Part shown: piece after piece, positions 1-8,112 of the stretch
Numbering within the stretch: the stretch's first letter is position 1
Layout: each line of letters begins with the position of its first letter
Translations under genes and position numbers: made by a program
Notes under the pieces: generated by a model
What the model saw: the letters and a program-made list of their open reading frames with translations, nothing else
What the model was told of the DNA's origin: nothing
Database searches by the model: none
Source: Longimicrobiales bacterium
Lineage (GTDB): Bacteria; Gemmatimonadota; Gemmatimonadetes; Longimicrobiales; Gaopeijiaceae
NCBI GenBank assembly: GCA_965238005.1
Contig: OZ250165.1
Coordinates: 2,912,001-2,976,000, forward strand
Direction: 5' to 3'
DNA: 64,000 nt

Positions 1-1
1 G

Positions 2-2125
2 GCTCCGGCATGGGATGCGCTGACCGATCTGGCCGCTGTCCATCCGCGCCTCGCCCGGAACCTCCTCAGAGACGCGTGTGAGTTCGAGCCGTGCCCGAGT
101 CACCACCAGATCACGGGCTGGATCGAATGGCACCGGCAGGAGGTGGGCCCTGTGGTCAGCGAGAGCCTGGACGATGCCCTGGTCTTCGACCTCAGCGCAG
201 CCAGTCCCGAGATCGACAACCTGGACCGGGTCCTCGACGCCACCGCGTTCAACACGCACCTCCTGCGGCGCCTCGATGAGGAGGGCGCCACGGTGGGCAT
301 CGGCCGATACGCCGAGCCCCGTGTGTGCTACGCCTCGGACAACTACGTGCAGGCCGCTGGGGAATTCCCGGAGCGTCGCACCGTGCACACCGCCATCGAC
401 ATCTTCCTCCCCGCAGGGAGCCCGGTCCTGGCCCCCCTCGACGGCCACGTTCACAGTGTTCGGAACAACTCGGAGCGACTGGACTACGGGCCCACGATCA
501 TCCTCGAGCACGCCCCCAACGACCTCCCGACCTTCTACACACTGTACGGGCATCTGGATCAGAAGTCGCCGGAGGGCCTGAAGGTGGGGATGCCCGTGGA
601 GCGCGGTCAGCAGATCGCCCAGCTCGGTGACTTTCCCGAGAACGGGGACTGGCCGCCGCATCTCCACTTCCAGCTGATCACCGACCTCCTGGACATGGAG
701 GGCACCTTCCCGGGGGTCGCGCTTCCCAGCCAGCGGAACGTGTGGCTGAGCATCTCCCCCGACCCGGGCCTCATGCTGGACCTGCCCGAGGGCTCCACTT
801 TCGCTCCCGAGTTGCCGCTCGACCAGATCAGAGACCTCCGCCGGGAGCATCTGGGGCCGTCCCTCCGCCTCTCGTACAGAGAGCCGCTCCACATCGTCCG
901 AGGGTGGAAGCAGCACCTCATCGACGCGAATGGGCAGGCCTATCTGGACGGGGTGAACAACGTCTGTCACGTGGGCCACTGCCATCCCCGAGTCGTGGAG
1001 GCCGCCCGAAAGCAGATGGGGGTCCTGAACACGAACACCCGCTACCTCCACGAGACCATCGGCCGCTACTGCGAGCGTCTCACCGCCACCCTGCCCGATC
1101 CGCTCTCAGTGTGCTTCCTCGTGAACTCGGGGAGCGAGGCGAACGAGCTGGCGTTCCGGCTCGCCCATGCCCACACCCAACGCGACGACTTCATCGTGGT
1201 GGAGGGCGCCTACCATGGGAACACGGGAGCCACCATTGCAGCCAGCCCCTACAAGTTCGACGGACCGGGGGGTGAGGGTGCCGCCCCGCACATCCATACC
1301 GTGGCCATGCCCGACGACTACCGGGGGCTTTTCCGGCGGTCGGACCCGGATCGCGGCCAGCGGTTCGCGGATCTGCTCCTGGAGGCCACGGCGGAAGCGC
1401 AGCGGCGATCGTTCGGCCCCGCCGCGTTCATCTGCGAGAGCCTGCTGAGTTGCGGAGGACAGATCGAGCTCCCCCCGGGCTACCTCGATGCGGCATACGC
1501 CCTGGTGCGCGAGGACGGCGGCGTGTGCATCTGCGACGAGGTCCAGGTGGGTTTCGGCCGCGTGGGAAGCCACTTCTGGGGCTTCGAGACTCAAGGCGTC
1601 GTGCCCGACATCGTGACCATGGGCAAGCCCATGGGGAACGGGCATCCACTCGGCGCCGTCGTCACCACGCCCGAGATCGCCGAGAGCTTCGCCAACGGAA
1701 TGGAGTACTTTAACACCTTCGGCGGCAATCCGGTATCGTGCGCGGTCGGCCTGGCGGTCCTGGACGTCATCGAGGACGAGGGTCTCCAGGAGCACGCCCT
1801 CCGCGTCGGCAGCCGCATGCGCGACGGGCTCGTCTCACTGATGGGGCGACACCCGGCGGTGGGAGACGTGCGCGGCCTGGGCCTGTTTCTCGGGATCGAG
1901 ATCGTCTCCGATCATGCGAGCCGCGAGCCCCACCCCGGAGTCGCCGAGTACGTCGTCGAGAGGATGAAGGGCCACGGGATCCTACTGAGCACCGACGGGC
2001 CCGACTACAACATCATCAAGATCAAGCCACCCCTCGTGTTCGATCAGAACGACGCCGACCGCCTCGTCGAGGTGATGGACCGCGTGCTTTCGGACGACTA
2101 CGTAACCCGGAATTGCGGAGGGTGA
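2..2125 (+). CDS. Class III PLP aminotransferase (phospho-lyase-like) fused to an M23 peptidase-like domain; 5' end lies outside the window
   Basis: Frame of ORF 143..2125 is open back to position 2 ([26 protein letters not shown]). M23 motifs HTAIDIF, YGHL, HLHFQ; class III motifs [37 protein letters not shown]. Confidence 0.85.
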   Translation, partial: APAWDALTDLAAVHPRLARNLLRDACEFEPCPSHHQITGWIEWHRQEVGPVVSESLDDALVFDLSAASPEIDNLDRVLDATAFNTHLLRRLDEEGATVGIGRYAEPRVCYASDNYVQAAGEFPERRTVHTAIDIFLPAGSPVLAPLDGHVHSVRNNSERLDYGPTIILEHAPNDLPTFYTLYGHLDQKSPEGLKVGMPVERGQQIAQLGDFPENGDWPPHLHFQLITDLLDMEGTFPGVALPSQRNVWLSISPDPGLMLDLPEGSTFAPELPLDQIRDLRREHLGPSLRLSYREPLHIVRGWKQHLIDANGQAYLDGVNNVCHVGHCHPRVVEAARKQMGVLNTNTRYLHETIGRYCERLTATLPDPLSVCFLVNSGSEANELAFRLAHAHTQRDDFIVVEGAYHGNTGATIAASPYKFDGPGGEGAAPHIHTVAMPDDYRGLFRRSDPDRGQRFADLLLEATAEAQRRSFGPAAFICESLLSCGGQIELPPGYLDAAYALVREDGGVCICDEVQVGFGRVGSHFWGFETQGVVPDIVTMGKPMGNGHPLGAVVTTPEIAESFANGMEYFNTFGGNPVSCAVGLAVLDVIEDEGLQEHALRVGSRMRDGLVSLMGRHPAVGDVRGLGLFLGIEIVSDHASREPHPGVAEYVVERMKGHGILLSTDGPDYNIIKIKPPLVFDQNDADRLVEVMDRVLSDDYVTRNCGG

Positions 2126-3075
2126 CGCGAGAGCGGGCAGTACCCTGGCTCCTCGTCGGTCTCTACTGGTTTGTCCTGGCCACGCTGGCGGGGGAGATCA
2201 AGCTCGACCACCTCACCTACGGTGGTGCCGTGCTCCTCCTGGCTCACCTCGGGCCCCGTGGGCGACAGGTGCTGCTCTTCCTCCTCCCCTTCATCCTGAC
2301 GGGCGTCATCTACGACAGCCAACGATACTGGGGTCCCCACGTACGGGGCGCGCCCCACATCGCCGAGCCCTACCTCTTGGAAAGAAGCCTTTTCGGTGTC
2401 TCGTCGCCCAACGGGCCCCTGACGCTCAACGAGTGGTTCGGACTGCATCTCCACCCCGTCCTCGACCTCATCGCGGGCGGCGCCTACCTGACGTTCATTG
2501 GGATCTTCATGGTGGTGGCCTTCCTACTGACCAGACGGATCCACAGGGGCGGCGTGGCAGCCGGAGCCGGGGACATCGGCGATGCCTGGAGCCCGGAGCG
2601 TCGTTTCTGGACGGCTCAGACCCTGGTGTGGTGCTTCCTCGTGGTCAATGTCGTGGGGTACGCCACCTGGTATCTCTATCCGGCCGCACCACCGTGGTAC
2701 ATCGAGGCATACGGCCTCGAGACGGTTCTTCTCGACGTGCCGGGGAGCCCGGCGCGAACTGCCCGCTTCGACAACCTCCTGGGGACGAGCTTTTTCGCCG
2801 GGATGTACGGGTACGAGTCGAACCCGTTCGGGGCGATGCCATCGCTCCACATATCGTACCCCACACTCTCCGTCTTCTTCGCCTTCAGGCTCGGAGCGCT
2901 CCGGGCCCTCACGGTGGCATTCCTCGCCGTCATGTGCTTCGCGGCCGTCTATCTGAACCACCACTACGTGATCGACGTGGTGCTGGGTGCGCTCTACGGG
3001 TTGGTGGCGGGGGTGATGACGGTGGCAGGCGCCGAGTGGGCGATCACTTCTTCTTCTTTTCGTCCTTCAAAATGA
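2122..3075 (+). CDS. PAP2_3 / Aur1 (inositol phosphorylceramide synthase)-like membrane phosphotransferase
   Basis: GTG at 2122 overlaps the upstream TGA (GTGA). Multiple TM segments; motifs YPAAPPWY, NPFGAMPSLH, YLNHHYVIDV. Confidence 0.8.
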   Translation: MTRERAVPWLLVGLYWFVLATLAGEIKLDHLTYGGAVLLLAHLGPRGRQVLLFLLPFILTGVIYDSQRYWGPHVRGAPHIAEPYLLERSLFGVSSPNGPLTLNEWFGLHLHPVLDLIAGGAYLTFIGIFMVVAFLLTRRIHRGGVAAGAGDIGDAWSPERRFWTAQTLVWCFLVVNVVGYATWYLYPAAPPWYIEAYGLETVLLDVPGSPARTARFDNLLGTSFFAGMYGYESNPFGAMPSLHISYPTLSVFFAFRLGALRALTVAFLAVMCFAAVYLNHHYVIDVVLGALYGLVAGVMTVAGAEWAITSSSFRPSK

Positions 3076-3403
3076 CCGAGAGGAGCATGGATATGATGGA
3101 GATCACTACGCTGCCCACCACCGCCGGCCAGATCCCCCTAACCGCGAAGTTGTCAACGAGCTTGGCGGTGAGGAGCAGCATGGCGCCGTTAATCACCAGA
3201 TAGAAGAGGCCCAGGGTGAAGAAGAGGAACGGCAGCGAGAAGAAGAAGACGATGGGCTTCACCAGGGCGTTCACCAGCCCGAACACGAAGGCCACCAGAA
3301 GCACATCCAGGTACCCCCCCGTCAGGTCGATGCCGTTGACGAAGTAGGCCGCCCCGGTCAGGGCGAAGGCGTTGATGATGAGGCGAATCGCGAAGTTTCT
3401 CAC
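3044..3403 (-). CDS. YvlD/DUF360-type 4-TM membrane protein (phage holin superfamily IV)
   Basis: 119 aa, hydrophobic, with GLVNALVKP, LPFLFFTLGLFYLVING. Confidence 0.85.
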   Translation of the reverse strand: MRNFAIRLIINAFALTGAAYFVNGIDLTGGYLDVLLVAFVFGLVNALVKPIVFFFSLPFLFFTLGLFYLVINGAMLLLTAKLVDNFAVRGIWPAVVGSVVISIISMLLSVILKDEKKKK

Positions 3404-3681
3404 CCGTCGTCCCCCGAGGTCGGTCCAAGAGGATCATCTGGTCCCGCACGATCGCCAGTTCGGCCCGATCCTCTGCCGGGCAAGATACTTACTCCGGCAC
3501 GACTTGCGGGTCCCGGTCGCTCAGGAAGTAGCGGGCCACGTCGGTGACATCGATGACGACCGATATACCATCCACGACGAGAGCGACGAGGATCCAGTTT
3601 CGGAACAGGCCGCTGGACGTCGATGGGGGTCGCGATCCCTCAACGTCGCGCGCGACACAAGCGATGGTATCTTAGCCCACC

Positions 3682-4848
3682 ATGAACGCGCACACACACA
3701 TGGACGGTTCCCCGGGACCGCCTGTCACGATCCGCTGGACCGACGACGACGCGGGCCTGGTCATTCTCGATCAGACCGAGCTTCCCGGCTCGGAGGTCTA
3801 CCGGGAGCTCCGAACGCTTCACGAAGTGCACGAAGCCATCACGAGCTTGCGCGTGCGTGGCGCTCCACTGGTCGGCATCACGGCAGCGATGGGCGTGGCT
3901 GCGCTGGCCAGCGCGCGGATCGCCGAGGCGGGAGGGAGGGCCGGCGACACCTCGGGCCATCACGCCCCGTCTCTTTCGGCCGAGGAGGTGACGGAGTGGT
4001 GCCGCCATCTCGCCCAGGCCCGTCCCACCGCGGTGAACCTCGGCTGGGCCCTTGAGCGCATGACCTCGACAGCGCTGGGAGCCCCGTGGGACGACCCGGC
4101 CGAGCTGGCCCGTGCCCTGCGTGAAGAGGCCGGCCGGATCCTGGACGAGGACCGGGTCATGTGCCGGCAGATCGGGGAGCACGCACTAGCGCTGGTCGAC
4201 GACGGGGCGTCCGTCCTCACCCACTGCAACGCCGGTGCCCTGGCCACCGGGGGGATCGGCACGGCCCTGGCGCCCCTATACCTGGCCCACCAGGTGGGTC
4301 GCTCGGTCCGGGTGTTCTCCACCGAGACGCGTCCGCTCCTGCAAGGGAGCAGGCTGACCGCGTGGGAGCTGGGCCGGGCCGGAATCGACGTGACGGTCAT
4401 CACGGACAACATGGCGGGGGCGCTCTTCGGTGAGCTCCGCCCTGACATCGTATTCGTGGGAGCCGACCGGATCGCCGCCAACGGCGACGTGGCCAACAAA
4501 GTCGGGACGTACGCCCTGGCGGTCCTGGCCCGTCACCACGGGGTCCCCTTCTACGTGCTGGCGCCGACGTCCACAGTGGATCTCGGGACCTCGGCCGGCG
4601 CCGACATCCCCATCGAGTTCCGGGGAGCGGAGGAGGTCGCCAGGGGATTCGGGTCACTCACCGCCCCATCCGACGCCCAGGTGTGGAACCCGGCGTTCGA
4701 CATCACGCCGGCGAGCCTCGTCTCCGGCATTGTGACGGAGCGCGGGATCCACACCCACCCGCTCGGCGAGGCGCTTGCGGAGGCCATCCGAGAGGCCGAC
4801 GAAGAACGTGGTAGGCGCCCCCTGACCAGCGAGGGGCCGGCGTCGTGA
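3682..4848 (+). CDS. mtnA: S-methyl-5-thioribose-1-phosphate isomerase
   Basis: LDQTELP, LRVRGAP, ARPTAVNL, THCNAGALAT, ETRPLLQGSRLTAWEL, GADRIAANGDVANKVGTY, NPAFDITP. Exact start uncertain. Confidence 0.95.
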   Translation: MNAHTHMDGSPGPPVTIRWTDDDAGLVILDQTELPGSEVYRELRTLHEVHEAITSLRVRGAPLVGITAAMGVAALASARIAEAGGRAGDTSGHHAPSLSAEEVTEWCRHLAQARPTAVNLGWALERMTSTALGAPWDDPAELARALREEAGRILDEDRVMCRQIGEHALALVDDGASVLTHCNAGALATGGIGTALAPLYLAHQVGRSVRVFSTETRPLLQGSRLTAWELGRAGIDVTVITDNMAGALFGELRPDIVFVGADRIAANGDVANKVGTYALAVLARHHGVPFYVLAPTSTVDLGTSAGADIPIEFRGAEEVARGFGSLTAPSDAQVWNPAFDITPASLVSGIVTERGIHTHPLGEALAEAIREADEERGRRPLTSEGPAS

Positions 4849-4918
4849 CGGACGACATGGCGTGATCGAAACCCTGTCCACCGATTGACGCCGGCCCGAC
4901 CCGCTCCGTGCTACCGCC

Positions 4919-5327
4919 TCACTCGTACCGAAGCGCCGTCATGGGATCGACGCTCGTGGCACGCCGTGCCGGGATCCAGCTCGCCAGGAAACCGATGGAG
5001 AGGATCACTCCGAGTACGGTGGCGAAGACCGACACGTCGCGGGGATCCACCTGGAACATGATGATCGTGATCGCTTCCGAGACTCCCCAAGCAAGGGCCA
5101 TCCCGATGGCGAGACCGATCGCCATCTGCGCGGCACCCTGTTTGAGGAGCAACTTCGGTGTTTCGCACGTCGGCGGCCATGCCCATGGGTGGGCCCGCCG
5201 AGAAGAACGGCAGCATGACCCGGAGGCAGCCGGCACCCAGAGCGACCCGGACGTCCGCCTCCTTGGTCCTGAGTGCGGCCCGCGCCAGGAGAAGATTCGC
5301 GACGTTGGCGCACGCCACGAGCAATAG
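4919..5327 (-). pseudogene. Collapsed remnant of a MacB/FtsX-type (ADOP-like) ABC permease
   Basis: Two pieces in different frames: LLVACANVANLLLARAALRTKEADVRVALGAG (first FtsX domain) and LLKQGAAQMAIGLAIG...WIPARRATSVDPMTALRYE (C-terminus). No start codon and most of the gene is missing. Confidence 0.8.
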
Positions 5328-5352
5328 CCCGGGCCCCGCGAGGGCCCGGGCT
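5326..5352 (-). terminator. GC-rich hairpin just after the DUF411 gene
   Basis: Perfect 11-bp stem AGCCCGGGCCC-cgcga-GGGCCCGGGCT, 4 nt after the stop codon; no clear U-tract. Confidence 0.5.
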
Positions 5353-5356
5353 GCGC

Positions 5357-5827
5357 TCAACGCTTCGCGTAGACGGCTGTTCTCCCGCTGGCGTCGAACG
5401 CCATCACGTCGTAGGGCTGGGCCGGCTGACCGGGGACCTCCATACCGGGGCTTCCGACGACCATGCCCGGAACGGACAGGCCTGCGATATTCGGCTTCTC
5501 GTCCAGCATCTTCTGGACGAGATCCGCAGGCACGTGACCCTCGACCACGTAGCCGCCCACCAGAGCCGTGTGGCACGACCCGAGATTGGCCGAGATGCCG
5601 TGCTCCGCCTTGATGGCCTGCAGGTCGGTCACGTCATGGACTCCGAGCTCGAAGCCGGCGGCCCGCATGTGGTCCACCCAAGCGCCGCAGCAATCGCAGG
5701 ACGGGTTCTTGTAAACGGTGACGACGCCGGCCTTGGCCGCTGAAGGGATATACCACGACGAAAGCCCGGCGATCAGCAGCGCGAAAACGCCACCCCCGGC
5801 CAGTGCCGCGATCCTCTTATTCATCAT
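5357..5827 (-). CDS. DUF411 / CopG-like secreted metal-binding protein
   Basis: Signal-like N-terminus; VYKNPSCDCCGAWVDHM, SCHTA, VEGHVPA, GLSVPGMVVGSPGME. Confidence 0.9.
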   Translation of the reverse strand: MMNKRIAALAGGGVFALLIAGLSSWYIPSAAKAGVVTVYKNPSCDCCGAWVDHMRAAGFELGVHDVTDLQAIKAEHGISANLGSCHTALVGGYVVEGHVPADLVQKMLDEKPNIAGLSVPGMVVGSPGMEVPGQPAQPYDVMAFDASGRTAVYAKR

Positions 5828-6049
5828 GTGATCTGTCCTCACCAGAAGGAATCTGGTGCGAATGTCCCTAGTGGACATGGAGATAACGGTCGAATTCTAG
5901 CGAGGTGCTCGGACATTACCAATAGCGGGCTCGGTGGATCTCGCCACCGCCGTCGAGGTCGTGGAGGCGGCCGGACATTTGCCTTAACCGTGACCGGGTG
6001 CTCAAATTCCGCCCGAGAGGAGCGACTTTTTCGCGGCCGATACGAATAC

Positions 6050-7330
6050 ATGGCTGACCAAGAGCGTCAAACTCAAATCCACGCCGAGCTGGCCCCCGAC
6101 TTCCAGATCGTACGTCTTCTGGGAGAGGGTTCCGTGGCTCACGTGTACCTCGCCAGAGAAGAGGACCTCAGGCGCATGGTGGCCCTCAAGGTCATGAAGG
6201 CCGAGCTCGCGGGAGACGAGACCGCACGGAAGCGCTTCGAGAGGGAAGCTCGGTCCGCAGCCAAGATCAACCACAAAAACGTAGCCGCGGTGTACCGCGT
6301 GGGTACCCTGGACGACGAGACGCCGTTCATCATCATGGAGTACATCGAGGGACGGAATCTCGCGGACGCCCTGCAGGCGGAGGGTGTGATGGGGATCGAG
6401 CAGGCGTGCCACGTCCTGAGCCAGGTGGCCTCCGCATTGGCGGCGGCGCACGAGTGTGGCATCGTCCATCGTGACGGTAAACCCGCCAACGTGGTTCGGG
6501 AGCGAGACTCCGACCGCGTCGTCCTTACCGACTTCGGGATCGCCGGCATCCTCGAGACGGGAGCGGACAGCGTCACCCGGCTTACGCACCAGGGGCAGCT
6601 CCTGGGGGATCCGCGCTACATGAGCCCGGAGCAGCTATTGGGTGATCCCCTCACCGACGAGTCGGACGTGTACAGCCTTGGGATCCTCGCATATGAGGTC
6701 CTCACGCTCCAGCACGCCTACGGGGCCACGTCGAAGGTGCAGATCGCAACGGCCCATCTGGAGAAGGAGCCGATCCCGCTGCTGGAGCTGCGTCCCGACG
6801 CCGACCCGCATCTGGGGGAGCTCCTTGCTCGCTGTCTGGCAAAGAACCCCACGCACCGACCCCGGGCATCGCATGTGGCGAAGGCGTTAGAGCACATCGT
6901 GGAGGAGCCCCATGCGGAGCCGCCGAGGGCAGAGCCTGGACCGTCCGGCGGTGAGAGGCTGCCCGCCGCCTTCCAGAGCCTGCCCTCCCTCCAGAGCTTC
7001 CTGGGCGAGCTTCGGCGCAGGCACGTCTACCACGTGGCCGTGTTCTACGTCCTTGTGGCGGGGACCATCCTGACCGCGGCGGATCTGATGCTCGAGGCGC
7101 TTCCCGTCCCCGAGATCACCGAGAAGGTCCTGGTCGCCCTGACCCTCGGCGGCTTCCCCATTGCGCTCGTGATCTCCTGGATGTTCGACATCACCAGCAA
7201 GGGCGTCCGGCGGACCGAGTCCGTGCTGCCCAGGGGTGCCCGTGCAAAGATGCTGGCCTTGCAGCTCATCTCCTTGAGCGCCGCGCTGACCCTCGCCGCC
7301 CTGATCGGCTGGTGGGTGCTGGGCGAGTAG
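6050..7330 (+). CDS. Hanks-type Ser/Thr protein kinase with three C-terminal TM helices
   Basis: LGEGSVAHVY, VALK, RFEREA, HRDGKPAN, TDFG, GDPRYMSPEQ, SDVYSLG; hydrophobic C-terminus. Start taken at ATG 6050 (MADQERQ). Confidence 0.9.
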   Translation: MADQERQTQIHAELAPDFQIVRLLGEGSVAHVYLAREEDLRRMVALKVMKAELAGDETARKRFEREARSAAKINHKNVAAVYRVGTLDDETPFIIMEYIEGRNLADALQAEGVMGIEQACHVLSQVASALAAAHECGIVHRDGKPANVVRERDSDRVVLTDFGIAGILETGADSVTRLTHQGQLLGDPRYMSPEQLLGDPLTDESDVYSLGILAYEVLTLQHAYGATSKVQIATAHLEKEPIPLLELRPDADPHLGELLARCLAKNPTHRPRASHVAKALEHIVEEPHAEPPRAEPGPSGGERLPAAFQSLPSLQSFLGELRRRHVYHVAVFYVLVAGTILTAADLMLEALPVPEITEKVLVALTLGGFPIALVISWMFDITSKGVRRTESVLPRGARAKMLALQLISLSAALTLAALIGWWVLGE

Positions 7331-7395
7331 CGACCGACTGCGATCCGGAGCCGAAACGACAACCCAGCGGAAAATCTCATGAAGCGGGAAATCTC

Positions 7396-7602
7396 ATGAA
7401 TAAGTCACTCGCGATCACTGGAATGTCCTGTGAACACTGCGTGAGCCATGTCAAGTCGGCCCTGGAGGGGATGGAAGGCGTGACCCGAGCAGAGGTGTCG
7501 TTGGAAAAAGGTCAGGCCGACGTTACCCTTTCGGCGGACGTACCGGACGCTGACCTCGTGGCAGCGGTCGAGACCGCGGGCTATCAGGCCGAGGCCCGCT
7601 AG
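7396..7602 (+). CDS. copZ: CopZ-like heavy-metal-associated (HMA) chaperone
   Basis: 68 aa with GMSCEHC and C-terminal AVETAGY. Confidence 0.85.
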   Translation: MNKSLAITGMSCEHCVSHVKSALEGMEGVTRAEVSLEKGQADVTLSADVPDADLVAAVETAGYQAEAR

Positions 7603-7675
7603 TGTTCCGTTGCCGAAGTTCGCGAGCCACCAAGAGGGCCGGAGCGCCGTGGGATCAAGGCGGGGCGGGACACTA
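7600..7675. mobile_element. MITE-like repeat, copy 1 (76 bp, internally deleted)
   Basis: Starts TAGTGTTCCGTTGCCGAAGTTCGCGAGCCACCAAGAGGG and ends CGGGACACTA; shared with 14462..14551 and 30899..31082. Confidence 0.8.
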
Positions 7676-7682
7676 GGTCGGA

Positions 7683-8105
7683 ATGACAGCGCTCACTCGG
7701 ACCCTCGAGCTACGGACGGAGGGCGACGATCACATTCTGGACCTGACCGCCGACCTTCAAGCGTTAGTCCGCGACAGCGGGATCACCACGGGACAGCTCA
7801 CGGCGATGGTTGTCGGCTCCACGGCCGCCCTGACCACCGTGGAGTACGAGCCAGGAATGGTGGGCCACGACATCGCTGCGGCGCTGGAGCGCATCGCCCC
7901 ACGGGACGGCCGTTACGAGCACGAGAAGATGTGGCACGACGACAACGGTCACAGCCACGTGCGGGCGAGCCTCATCGGGCCCTCCCTGGCCCTTCCCATC
8001 GTCCAGAGCTCCCTGCCCCTCGGCACCTGGCAACAGGTGGTCCTGGTGGACCTTGACACACGGCCCAGGCATCGGCAGATCGTGGTCAACCTCGTCGGGG
8101 AGTGA
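7683..8105 (+). CDS. yjbQ: YjbQ family (secondary thiamine-phosphate synthase-like) protein
   Basis: GSTAALTTVEYEPG, YEH, NGHSHVRASLIGPS, LGTWQQV. Confidence 0.9.
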   Translation: MTALTRTLELRTEGDDHILDLTADLQALVRDSGITTGQLTAMVVGSTAALTTVEYEPGMVGHDIAAALERIAPRDGRYEHEKMWHDDNGHSHVRASLIGPSLALPIVQSSLPLGTWQQVVLVDLDTRPRHRQIVVNLVGE

Positions 8106-8112
8106 GCACCGC

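Noticed and set aside
3044..3403. Prophage suggested by a holin-family gene
   Set aside because: This family is commonly chromosomal and no phage genes flank it.
7610..8056. Recurrent MPKFASHQEG peptide ORFs (also 14472..14762)
   Set aside because: Translations of the MITE left end, not a protein family.
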